A stretch of 59,532 nt of DNA from Pyrinomonadaceae bacterium. GTDB taxonomy: Bacteria > Acidobacteriota > Blastocatellia > Pyrinomonadales > Pyrinomonadaceae. Shown in pieces: positions 1-8,536 of this stretch (the first letter of the stretch is position 1; each line of letters starts with the position of its first letter). Both the position numbers and the translations under genes were made by a program. The notes below the pieces were generated by a model. It was not told where the DNA came from and did no database searches. It saw only the letters and a list, made by a program, of their open reading frames with translations. Where the stretch lies: NCBI GenBank assembly GCA_035761505.1, contig DASTQX010000475.1, forward strand, positions 1-59,532, given 5' to 3'.

Positions 1-492
1 CTCGACGCCGGTGCGCTCCTGCACCTGCTCGGCCAAGGGGAGCGTGAGCGGGAAGAAGACGTTGGCGGCCTCCTCCAAAGACTCGACGATGGCGAGCCGC
101 TGGACGCTCGAAGCGTTGGCGACGAGGTGCGAGACGCGGTAAGAGAGCATGCGGTTGGCGCGCGTCTCGTCGCCCCAGAGGAGTTGGAGCCAGCCCGTGC
201 CCTCGTACAGACGCTCGAAGCCGAGCTTCTGAAAATCTTCGAGGTAGAGACGCCAGTGGTCGTCGTCCTCCCGGCTGTAGGTGTTGACCTTCTCCTGTAA
301 GGCGTCGGCGGCGGGCTCGGAGCGGAGAAAATATTTGTTCAGGTCGGCGAAGCTCATAATCCAGTGAGCCATGCACGGATAGAAGGCGAGCCGCTCTTCG
401 GGCGTGAGGCTCTCGTCCCGCAGAAACGCGAAAAAAGGCATCCGCGCGAACGCCTGCTTCCTCTCCTCGATAGCTGCCAGCACTGCTTGCAT
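1..492 (-). CDS. hypothetical protein, C-terminus cut by window edge; possibly a heme-oxygenase-like / iron-containing redox enzyme fold (weak)
   Basis: Absent from the ORF track because it runs off the edge. Reverse-strand translation from ATG (rc of 490-492) gives MQAVLAAIEERKQAFARMPFFAFLRDESLTPEERLAFYPCMAHWIMSFADLNKYF... and stays open to nt 1. AGGAGGAGGG lies 6 nt upstream (rc of 499-508). The function guess rests only on residue pattern. Confidence 0.55.
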   Translation of the reverse strand, partial: MQAVLAAIEERKQAFARMPFFAFLRDESLTPEERLAFYPCMAHWIMSFADLNKYFLRSEPAADALQEKVNTYSREDDDHWRLYLEDFQKLGFERLYEGTGWLQLLWGDETRANRMLSYRVSHLVANASSVQRLAIVESLEEAANVFFPLTLPLAEQVQERTGVE

Positions 493-689
493 CGCCGTCC
501 CTCCTCCTGCGAATTCGAGCGGCCTTTCAAAGCCACTCAGAGTCTTAACGCGGAAGAAGTCGGCGGCTCGAATCAACGCGCGGAGATTTTTTTTCGACGC
601 CCCGGCCCGCAGAATCGCTCGCCGTGGGATGCCACACAGACGCGCCGGGGAAAGTCTCGTCGCGGTCGGCCCCCGGCGGAAGGTAAAAT

Positions 690-1928
690 GTGCGCCGGAT
701 GATTCAAACGGCCCGCATCAAGTCTCTCTTGCTCTTGACGGCGCTCTTCGCGCTCGGCGCGTGCGGCGACTCGCCCGCCCTCGTCGCGTCGAATCCCACG
801 GAAGCCCCTCCGGGCCGCCGAGTCCTCTCCAACGTCTTCGACGAATACTTGGACGCCGACATCACGCCCGCCGACGGCTTCGACTTCCCCTTCGGCGACG
901 CCGACGGTAGGGGCGCGTACACCGACGCCGCGACCGGCAAGCGCCACGAAGGCTGGTACAAGGCGACGGCCTTCAACGAGAGTTACAGCCTCGGCCTGCA
1001 CCCCGGCGAAGACTGGAACGGCGCGGGCGGCGCCAACACAGACCTCGGCCAGCCCGTCCGCGCCGTCGCCAACGGGCGCGTCGTCTTCGCCGAGAACTGC
1101 GGGCGTCTCTGGGGCAACGTCGTCATCGTCGAACACCTCTTCTACGAGAATCAGGAGAAGCGCCGCATCCGCTCGCTCTACGCGCACCTGAACGAAATCC
1201 GCGTGCGGCGAGGCGAAGAGGTTCGGCGACGGCAAGAGATTGCGACCATCGGGCAAGACCCCGAAAAACTCTTCGCCGCGCACCTCCATTTAGAACTGCG
1301 CTGGGACGAGACGCTTCCGCCGACCTACTGGCCGACCTCCGACGGCAAGGACGAAACGTGGGTACGCGAGCATTACGCCGAGCCTTCCATGTTCATCAAG
1401 GCCCGCCGCTCGCTCTCAGTCCCGCAGCAGGAGCCCGCGCTCGTCCTCGTTGACCAAGAGAGCTACAAGCTGCGCCTCTACCGGCGCGGGCGGCTCGCCG
1501 CCGAGTACGACGTGAGCTTCGGGCAGGCGCGCGGCGAGAAGCGCGTCGAGGGCGACAACAAGACCCCGAAGGGCATGTACTTCGTCATCCAGAAACATCG
1601 CGGCAGCTTCGCCGGAGACTACGGCGCTTACTACGGCGGGCACTGGATAAAAATCAACTACCCCAACAAGTTCGACGCCGCGCGCGGGCGCGCCGAACGC
1701 CTCGTCACGCCCGCACAGGAAGCGAACATCGCTGCCGCTTGGGAGAAGCGCGCGCAGACTTTAGAGTCCACGCGCTTAGGCGGCGGCATCGGCTTCCACG
1801 GCTGGATACGCGAGTGGCCCAACGACGGCCCCCGCCACCTCTCTTGGGGCTGCGTCGTCCTCCACCTCTCCGACATCTCCGACCTCTACGACCAACTCCC
1901 CGAACGCTCGATGGTCGTCATCTTCTAA
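690..1928 (+). CDS. exported fusion protein: M23/LytM metallopeptidase domain + YkuD-type L,D-transpeptidase domain
   Basis: 412-aa ORF. Lipoprotein-like signal LLLLTALFALGAC. M23 motifs HPGED (HxxxD) and HLHLE (HxH). C-terminal YkuD signature GFHGW...SWGCVVL. Start is GTG 690 (GGAAGG 6 nt upstream) or ATG 699. Confidence 0.85.
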   Translation: MRRMIQTARIKSLLLLTALFALGACGDSPALVASNPTEAPPGRRVLSNVFDEYLDADITPADGFDFPFGDADGRGAYTDAATGKRHEGWYKATAFNESYSLGLHPGEDWNGAGGANTDLGQPVRAVANGRVVFAENCGRLWGNVVIVEHLFYENQEKRRIRSLYAHLNEIRVRRGEEVRRRQEIATIGQDPEKLFAAHLHLELRWDETLPPTYWPTSDGKDETWVREHYAEPSMFIKARRSLSVPQQEPALVLVDQESYKLRLYRRGRLAAEYDVSFGQARGEKRVEGDNKTPKGMYFVIQKHRGSFAGDYGAYYGGHWIKINYPNKFDAARGRAERLVTPAQEANIAAAWEKRAQTLESTRLGGGIGFHGWIREWPNDGPRHLSWGCVVLHLSDISDLYDQLPERSMVVIF

Positions 1929-2237
1929 AGCCCGGAACCACACACACAGAGGCCGCGCGCCCGCCCGACACACGCGCGGCCCCTCGCGGCACAGCCCCGC
2001 CTCCCCCAATGAGGCGGGCGTGCGAGAGAGATGCGCCGCCCCGCGCATCCCTCTCGTTAATCACAAACTAAAATGCCCAACGGTGTGAGGCTCCTATGCT
2101 ATGCTTGCGCCGGTCTTTGAAAACACAAGGCAACGGGTCGGATGCGTAGCTCACTCCTCAGCCTCAAAACCGAGTAATGAGCATCGCCGTTGAGCAAGGA
2201 AGGTTCCTACTCACGGCGAATCAGTTGCGCACAGACA

Positions 2238-2261
2238 TTCTATTGGAAGCTTCCAATAGAA
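2238..2261. promoter_or_regulatory. perfect 24-bp palindrome TTCTATTGGAAG|CTTCCAATAGAA; candidate operator (C-box-like) upstream of the first HTH gene
   Basis: Read directly. The two 12-nt halves are exact reverse complements. It lies 40 nt upstream of ATG 2302. Confidence 0.5.
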
Positions 2262-2301
2262 GCAAGTATTTTGTGCCGTCCCTCTCAGGAGGTAACTCCT
2301 A

Positions 2302-2583
2302 ATGGCGAGGGGGCCGCGCGAGAAACCCGAACGTCTGGCCGAAAAACTGCTCGCAATTCGGCAAAGTTTAGGTTTGTCTCAGTCTGAAATGCTTAAGCGT
2401 CTTGGGGCCGAGGATAGGATGGCGTACTACCGGATTTCGGAGTTTGAATCTGGGAAGGGAGAGCCCTCACTAATAATTCTGCTGGAATATGCGCGCGTTG
2501 TCGGGGTGTGCTTAGAGAGATTGGTTGACGACAATCTGGATTTGCCCGCCGAGATGCCCGCCAAGGCAACGCACAGAGCTTAG
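2302..2583 (+). CDS. XRE-family helix-turn-helix protein (candidate R-M controller protein), paralog 1
   Basis: 93 aa. Core PERLAEKLLAIRQSLGLSQSEMLKRLG is a typical HTH_XRE segment. AGGAGG precedes the ATG. It resembles the next ORF along its whole length. Confidence 0.8.
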   Translation: MARGPREKPERLAEKLLAIRQSLGLSQSEMLKRLGAEDRMAYYRISEFESGKGEPSLIILLEYARVVGVCLERLVDDNLDLPAEMPAKATHRA

Positions 2584-2597
2584 CGCTTTGATTCCTG

Positions 2598-2876
2598 ATG
2601 GGGACGAAGGCACGTCACAAACCGGAGCGGTTAGCCGAAAAACTGCTCCGCATCCGTGAAGCGCTCGGTCTGTCTCAGAATGGATTGATTAGGCAGATGG
2701 GCGCGGAAGAATTGCTTGCTCAGAATACGGTTTCCGAATACGAATTGGGGAAGCGCGAACCGTCTTTGCTCGTGCTGTTGAAATACGCCGGAGTCGCTGG
2801 CGTCTGCCTCGACGTACTGGCTAACGACAATCTCGACTTACCCGCGAAACTCCCCGCCAAGCCGAAACACTCCTAA
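2598..2876 (+). CDS. XRE-family helix-turn-helix protein, paralog 2
   Basis: 92 aa. PERLAEKLLRIREALGLSQNGLIRQMG...DNLDLPAKLPAK aligns without gaps to paralog 1, at roughly half identical by eye. It starts 14 nt after paralog 1. Confidence 0.8.
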   Translation: MGTKARHKPERLAEKLLRIREALGLSQNGLIRQMGAEELLAQNTVSEYELGKREPSLLVLLKYAGVAGVCLDVLANDNLDLPAKLPAKPKHS

Positions 2877-2940
2877 AGATTCTTTCAGAATTATCTACTT
2901 GACGTAATAAAAAGCCGGGCGTTAGGCTGCGGGGAATGTT

Positions 2941-3996
2941 ATGAGCGAATCTTCTGATAGATTTCAACAATACCTCCATAACCAAGCGGATTACCGGCCT
3001 CTATTCCTTTGCGGAGATTCGATAGGTGTTCTTCAGGAGCTTCCGCCTGACTCTATAGACTTCTGTATGACCAGCCCCCCGTATTGGGGGCAGCGTCAAT
3101 ATTCTTCAGGCGGGATTGGGCTTGAAGAAAGATACACTGATTACATTACTCATTTACTCGGCGTTTTTAAGGAAATTCACCGCACCTTAAAACCGACCGG
3201 CTCTTTCTGGCTCAACCTTGGAGACACTTATGATAGTAAGTCGCTTGTGGGAATCCCGTGGCGCGTAGCAATCGCCATGACGGATCAACAAGGGTGGGTA
3301 CTGAGGAACAGCGTGGTGTGGAACAAAGTCAAAGGCGGGCCTGATAATTCATTAGATAGGTTGCGGAACATCCACGAAAACTTGTTCCACTTCGTCAAGT
3401 CTGCCAAAGGTTATTACTACGATGTTGACGCCATCAGAAAGAAGTCGAGAGAAAGTAAGGTAGTTAATGGGGCCGTCGTGTCTGCCACGGGGGTTTCCGG
3501 CATACGTTACAAAAGACAAATAGAGCTTTCAACAGCACTATCGGAAGACGAGAAGCAAGCCGCGTTCGGGGCACTTGAAGCAATCCTGACGAAAGTAGGG
3601 CGGGGAGAGATTTCAGACTTCCGAATGGTCATTAGGGGCCAGCAGCGCGCGACGCACTCCGACCAAGAGAAGGTGTCGGGACGCGCAAAAGAACTGCAAC
3701 AGAAGGGATACTATTTTCTCAAATACCATCCTAATGGAACGAAGCCAAGCGATGTTTGGGACATCATCCCTGAAGACTCGCAAAAGAGGAACGGCCATTA
3801 TGCCGCCTACCCCGAAGACCTGTGCAAAATTCCTCTACTCGCCACCTGTCCATCAGGCGGCATTGCTCTCGACCCATTCTGCGGAACGGGAACGACTAAC
3901 CTTGTAGCCATGAGATTGGGACGAAGGTCAGTCGGGATAGATATTTCCAGCGAATACATTTCACTCGCGGAGCAAAGGTGTCATCGCCTCTTATGA
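2941..3996 (+). CDS. type II DNA methyltransferase, beta-class amino-MTase (N4-cytosine or N6-adenine; the SPPY motif leans N4C)
   Basis: 351 aa. Motif IV TSPPYWG is near the N-terminus and SAM motif I DPFCGTGTT near the C-terminus, which is the beta-class order. Sampled G+C is lower than the flanks. Confidence 0.9.
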   Translation: MSESSDRFQQYLHNQADYRPLFLCGDSIGVLQELPPDSIDFCMTSPPYWGQRQYSSGGIGLEERYTDYITHLLGVFKEIHRTLKPTGSFWLNLGDTYDSKSLVGIPWRVAIAMTDQQGWVLRNSVVWNKVKGGPDNSLDRLRNIHENLFHFVKSAKGYYYDVDAIRKKSRESKVVNGAVVSATGVSGIRYKRQIELSTALSEDEKQAAFGALEAILTKVGRGEISDFRMVIRGQQRATHSDQEKVSGRAKELQQKGYYFLKYHPNGTKPSDVWDIIPEDSQKRNGHYAAYPEDLCKIPLLATCPSGGIALDPFCGTGTTNLVAMRLGRRSVGIDISSEYISLAEQRCHRLL

Positions 3997-4853
3997 GCAA
4001 GAGAATCTCCGAACTCTTCACCACCTCTGCCCACCGTAAAGGCGTAGATTGGAATGGAGTCGTAAAGGCGCGCCACTGTTCGTACCTCGGTAGAACGTGT
4101 ATTAAGAATAGAAAGAGCCGTCCCGATATTGCCATCGGAACTTGTACGATTGGATATGATGCCAAGACCCCGAAAGACGTAATCATTTGCCCTCACCGAT
4201 TATTAGAGCGAAAACAAATCTTCACTGACTGCTACCATCTCCTCACGCTCCACGAGCCCGGTAACGAACTACACAGGCTCGGTGAGATCAGCATCCCCGG
4301 TGGCAGTGTTGACTATATGCTGATTTCCGCGAAGGTGAATGGCGGCAACCGCAAAGTCGTTGACTTCGTTGGGATAGAGCTACAGACACTCGACACAACT
4401 GGGACAGTTTGGCCAGAACGTGAGCGGTTTCTTAATTCAGTTGGAGTGCCGGTAAACCCCGACGACGTTAAGAACACTAACTCCTACGGCATGAATTGGA
4501 AGATGACAGCCAAAACAATCCTCATGCAACTTCACCATAAGGTAAAGACATTTGAGCATATGGGTAAGCACTTCGTCCTTGTAATGCAGAATCACCTACT
4601 TGATTACATGGAGAGGGAATTCGATTTTAGCTGCATACGACCTGCCACAGTTGGAGATTCAATGCACTTCCACGCTTACTCGCTCAACAAAGCTGCCGAT
4701 CATTACTACCTACAGCTAGACTCTAGAAAAAGCACTGATAGTGCAGGGATAGCGGCATGTCTGGGGCAAAAGGCCGACCCGAAGGTTGAGTTGACTGAAA
4801 TGATTAAAACGCTCGAAAGCGGCTTGTCGGGTGATACCTTGCTAACGGTATAA
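3993..4853 (+). CDS. type II restriction endonuclease candidate (NotI-like Cys-cluster N-terminus, tentative)
   Basis: ATG 3993 overlaps the MTase stop as ATGA. The ORF track uses GTG 3978. N-terminal Cys pattern HCSYLGRTC...GTC...ICPHR. The segment SVDYMLIS...VDFVGIELQTLDTTG fits a PD-(D/E)xK-like core with Q in the K position. Family assignment is from memory, not a search. Confidence 0.6.
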   Translation: MSKRISELFTTSAHRKGVDWNGVVKARHCSYLGRTCIKNRKSRPDIAIGTCTIGYDAKTPKDVIICPHRLLERKQIFTDCYHLLTLHEPGNELHRLGEISIPGGSVDYMLISAKVNGGNRKVVDFVGIELQTLDTTGTVWPERERFLNSVGVPVNPDDVKNTNSYGMNWKMTAKTILMQLHHKVKTFEHMGKHFVLVMQNHLLDYMEREFDFSCIRPATVGDSMHFHAYSLNKAADHYYLQLDSRKSTDSAGIAACLGQKADPKVELTEMIKTLESGLSGDTLLTV

Positions 4854-4958
4854 GTCATAATCAAGCGGGCAGACCTTCAATTTATTCAACCCGACCACAC
4901 GAGAGAGCGCCTTTCAGGCGTAGCCTTCGTGGGCGGGTTTGAATGAACGGAAAGAGAT

Positions 4959-4987
4959 GAGGGGAGGAAGATGGTCTTCCTCCCCTC
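4959..4987. terminator. 13-bp perfect GC-rich hairpin between convergent genes
   Basis: GAGGGGAGGAAGA-tgg-TCTTCCTCCCCTC. It sits between the REase stop (4853) and the stop of the minus-strand gene (5009). Confidence 0.55.
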
Positions 4988-5008
4988 TCGCGTTTGTGAA
5001 GCTGAAAC

Positions 5009-8000
5009 TTACTGCCCTGCCGTCGCGGGTGGCGTGGTCGGTTTGATGATGACGGCGGGGATGTCGTTGGAGCGGACGAGGTTGTTGAAGGTTTTGAGGT
5101 CGGCGGTCATCACTTGGTTGAGGAGACGGAGTTGCGCGTCTATCTTGGCGACTAGTTCTTCGTAGAGGGTGTAGGACTGGTCGGTGGGCGCGGAGTCGGC
5201 GCTGGCGACGATGCCGCCGAGGGCGGCGAGTTTGTTGTTGAGTCGAATCGGGTAGTTGAGCGGGTCTTGGCTGCTCTGGTTCTTCGTCTGGTAAAGCTCC
5301 TCTTCGATGGCGGTGAGTTTGGCGTTGAGAGCACGGCCTCCGTCGGCGACGGGTTTGGCTTCGGGCTGGTCGGCGACGCGCTTGAGGAGGTCGTCCACCT
5401 GACGCCGGACTTCGCGGAGTTGCGTGATGGCGTTGTGCGTCTCGGTGAGCTTGTCGCGTATCTTCGAGAGCAGGGTGAACTGCCGCGCGAACTCTTCCGG
5501 CGTCGTCTGGATGCGCGGGTCGCGCAAGATGTCGAAGGGCTGCGTTAAGGTCTTCCCGTCCACCGTCAATTTCACTTGATACGTGCCGGGGACGGCGCGC
5601 GGGCCGCGCAGCTCGCCCGACCAGAGGATGAGGCCGGGGAAGCGCGCGGCTTCGGCGTAGCGCGTGTCCCAGACGAAGCGGTTGAGTCCGGCTTCGGTGC
5701 CGGGACGCGGCCCCGCCTGTCCCGCACCCGCGCCGCCGAAGGTGGAAGACTCTTCGCCGGAAGGCGCGGCGGGTTGTTGGGGCGGCATCGTGACCTGCGC
5801 GGAGCCGGGCGCGGTGGAAGTCCCCGGCTGCCCGGCGACGCCGCCCGCGGGCGTGGGGCTTGGCGTCGGAGTCGGGCGCGGCGCGGGCGGGGCTTTGGCG
5901 GTGAACTTGCGGATGGACTTGCCCGAAGGGTCGAGGAATTCGAGCGTCACGTCGGTGGTCGGTCTCGACTTGAGATAGTAGTAGATGACGACGCCGGGCG
6001 TCGGGTTCGCGCCGATGGTCGCGGTGGGCGGAAGTTGCGCGCCGCCGCCTCCGCCCTGAAAGCGGTAGGCGTTTTCGGGTTTGAGCAGGACGGCTTCGCC
6101 TTGCCCGGCGCGCATCGCGTCGGTCAACTGTTGGAGCACCGGCAAGTCGTCAAGCACCCAGAAGGAGCGGCCTTGCGTGGCGACGACGAGATCGCGCTCG
6201 CGCTTGTGGACGGCGAGGTCGGTGATGGGGACGACGGGAAGGTTCAACTGTAAAGGCTGCCAGCGTTCGCCGTCGTCGAAGGAGACGTACATGCCGGTTT
6301 CAGTTCCGGCGTAGAGCAGGCCGCGCCGGTGCGTGTCTTCGCGGATGACGCGCGTGAAGGCTCCGTCGGGGATGCCTGAGTCAATCTTCTTCCAAGTCTT
6401 GCCGAAGTCGCTCGTCTTGTAGAGGTAGGGGCGGAAGTCGTCCCACTTGTACATCGTCGCGGCGACGTAGGCCGCGCCCGCTTCGTGCGGCGAGGCTTCC
6501 ACGGAGTTGATTTGAATCCATTCGGGGATGCCGCGCGGCGTGACGTTCGACCAACTCTTTCCCGCGTCGCGCGTGACCTGAACGAGCCCGTCGTCCGTGC
6601 CCGCCCAGATGACGCCCTTCTGCACGGGCGACTCGGCGACCGTAAAAATCGTGTCGTAGTATTCGACGCTCGTGTTGTCTTTGGTAATCGGCCCGCCCGA
6701 AGGCCCCTGCTTCGACTTGTCGTTGCGCGTCAGGTCGGGCGAGATGGCCTCCCAAGACTGGCCCTCATTCGTCGAGCGGAAGAGGTGGTCGCCCGCCGCG
6801 TAGAGAGTGTTCGGGTCGTGCGGCGAGAAGAGAATCGGGTAGTTCCACTGGAAGCGGTACTTCATCCCCTCGGCCCCGTAGCCCATCGGGTTTTCGGGCC
6901 AGACGTTGACCGAGCGCAACTGCTTCGTGCGGTGGTCGTAGCGGGTTAGATAGCCGCCGTAGGAACCGGCGAAGACGACGTTTGAATCCTTCGGGCTCGG
7001 CGCAATCCAGCCGGACTCGCCGCCGCCCACGTCGTACCAATCAGACTCGCCGATGCCGAAGTCGTTGGTGCGCGAGGCGATTTTGATAGTCGAGTTGTCC
7101 TGCTGCGCGCCGTAGATGTGGTAAGGGAATTCGTTGTCTATGGCGACGCGGTAGAACTGCGCGGTGGCCTGATCCTGCTCCGTCCAAGTGCGCCCGCCAT
7201 TGAAGGAGACGTTCGCGCCGCCGTCGTTGCCTTCGATCATCCGCGCCGCGTCGTCGGGCGCGATCCAGAGGTCGTGATTGTCTCCGTGCGGCACTCCGAT
7301 TTGATTGAAGTTGCGCCCGCCGTCATTCGACTTGAAGAACCCGACGTTGAGGACATAGACGCTCTCAGGGTTCTGCGTGTCGGCGTAGATGCGCGTGTAG
7401 TACCACGCGCGCTGCCGCAGGTTGCGCTGCTCGTTCGTCTTCGTCCAGGTGCGCCCGCCGTTGTCGGAACGGAAGACGCCGCCGTCCTCGGCCTCGACGA
7501 TGGCCCAGACGCGTTCGGGGTTCGCGGGCGAGACGGCGATGCCGACTTTGCCGACGAGCCCGCGCGGCATTCCCGGCGCGCGCGTCAACTCAGTCCAAGT
7601 GTCGCCGCCGTCCGTTGATTTGAAGATGCCGCTGCCGGGGCCGCCCGATTCCAGAGACCAAGGGCGGCGGATGACTTCCCAGAAACCGGCGTAGATGATG
7701 TTGGCGTTCGTCGGGTCGAGCACCAGATCAATCGCGCCCGCCTTCGGGCCTCGATAAAGGATGCGCTCCCAAGTCTTCCCGCCGTCTTTGGAGCGGAAGA
7801 CGCCGCGCTGCTCGTTCGGGCCGAAGGTGTGGCCGAGCGCGGCGACGTACACGATGTCGGGGTTGCGCGGGTGGACTCTCACGCGCGCGATGTGGCGCGT
7901 GTCTTCGAGCCCGATCTTCTTCCAAGTCTTCCCCGCGTCCAAAGTCTTATACATCCCGTCGCCGTGCGAGACGTTGCCGCGAATCGGCGACTCGCCCATG

Positions 8001-8389
8001 CCGACGTAAACGACGTTCGGGTCAGACTCGGCGACGCCGATGGCCCCGACCGAGCCCGTCTTGAAGAAGGCGTCGGAGACCGGCTCCCAGTTGACGCCGC
8101 CGTCCGTGGTCTTCCACACGCCGCCGCCCGTCGCGCCGAAGTAATAGACGAAGGGCTGCGCGGTGACGCCCGCGACCGCCGTCACGCGCCCGCCACGGTG
8201 CGGCCCAATCGGGCGATAGGCGAGCGGCCTGAAAGGGTTCCTCTCGGCGGGCTGCGTCGCCATCGGCGTCAGTCCCGGACTTTGCGCCTCCTGCGCTTGG
8301 GCGCGGGGCGGGAGTTGGGTGAGTTGAAAGAGCAACAGCAGCGCGGCTGTCGCCGAGAGTCGGCGCGGGAGAAGGCTGAACCTCTTCAT
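5009..8389 (-). CDS. secreted sortilin/VPS10-like BNR (Asp-box) repeat protein
   Basis: 1126 aa. Signal peptide. Many S-x-D-x-G-x-T-W Asp-boxes (TTDGGVNW, SKDGGKTW, STDGGDTW, SDNGGRTW, SNDGGRNF and others). A Pro/Thr/Gly-rich low-complexity insert lies near the C-terminal third. Confidence 0.85.
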   Translation of the reverse strand: MKRFSLLPRRLSATAALLLLFQLTQLPPRAQAQEAQSPGLTPMATQPAERNPFRPLAYRPIGPHRGGRVTAVAGVTAQPFVYYFGATGGGVWKTTDGGVNWEPVSDAFFKTGSVGAIGVAESDPNVVYVGMGESPIRGNVSHGDGMYKTLDAGKTWKKIGLEDTRHIARVRVHPRNPDIVYVAALGHTFGPNEQRGVFRSKDGGKTWERILYRGPKAGAIDLVLDPTNANIIYAGFWEVIRRPWSLESGGPGSGIFKSTDGGDTWTELTRAPGMPRGLVGKVGIAVSPANPERVWAIVEAEDGGVFRSDNGGRTWTKTNEQRNLRQRAWYYTRIYADTQNPESVYVLNVGFFKSNDGGRNFNQIGVPHGDNHDLWIAPDDAARMIEGNDGGANVSFNGGRTWTEQDQATAQFYRVAIDNEFPYHIYGAQQDNSTIKIASRTNDFGIGESDWYDVGGGESGWIAPSPKDSNVVFAGSYGGYLTRYDHRTKQLRSVNVWPENPMGYGAEGMKYRFQWNYPILFSPHDPNTLYAAGDHLFRSTNEGQSWEAISPDLTRNDKSKQGPSGGPITKDNTSVEYYDTIFTVAESPVQKGVIWAGTDDGLVQVTRDAGKSWSNVTPRGIPEWIQINSVEASPHEAGAAYVAATMYKWDDFRPYLYKTSDFGKTWKKIDSGIPDGAFTRVIREDTHRRGLLYAGTETGMYVSFDDGERWQPLQLNLPVVPITDLAVHKRERDLVVATQGRSFWVLDDLPVLQQLTDAMRAGQGEAVLLKPENAYRFQGGGGGAQLPPTATIGANPTPGVVIYYYLKSRPTTDVTLEFLDPSGKSIRKFTAKAPPAPRPTPTPSPTPAGGVAGQPGTSTAPGSAQVTMPPQQPAAPSGEESSTFGGAGAGQAGPRPGTEAGLNRFVWDTRYAEAARFPGLILWSGELRGPRAVPGTYQVKLTVDGKTLTQPFDILRDPRIQTTPEEFARQFTLLSKIRDKLTETHNAITQLREVRRQVDDLLKRVADQPEAKPVADGGRALNAKLTAIEEELYQTKNQSSQDPLNYPIRLNNKLAALGGIVASADSAPTDQSYTLYEELVAKIDAQLRLLNQVMTADLKTFNNLVRSNDIPAVIIKPTTPPATAGQ

Positions 8390-8536
8390 ACGGGGAAGGC
8401 TCCTCGGAATTTTTCTTGTGTTCGGCTGCGGAAAGCTTTAAAACGGCAGTGCTTTTACGGTCTTCGGTGCGGACAATATATTTCCTTTCCGCCCCCGTGG
8501 CAAACTTTAGTTTTGAAAGAGGAGCGACGAAAACTC

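Noticed and set aside
1950-2060. Several GC-rich hairpins after the M23-YkuD gene as a rho-independent terminator.
   Set aside because: Stems exist, for example GGCCGCGCG...CGCGCGGCC at 1950-1980, but none is followed by a T-tract. They could still be structural or REP-like, so they are not reported as features.
2050-2300. tRNA, integrase or attachment site at the borders of the low-GC R-M island.
   Set aside because: No T-loop-like GTTCRAATC, no cloverleaf candidate and no recombinase ORF were found, and no flanking direct repeats were noticed. One imperfect hairpin (~2176-2220) is not enough to call an att site.
2190-2387. 65-aa ORF overlapping the palindrome and the first HTH gene.
   Set aside because: It is out of frame with the well-supported HTH gene and has no RBS. 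It spans the operator-like palindrome.
7829-8536. N-terminal 236 codons of track ORF 7829..9058.
   Set aside because: This part is antisense to the BNR/sortilin gene and Arg-rich. GNAT similarity begins only around nt 8537.
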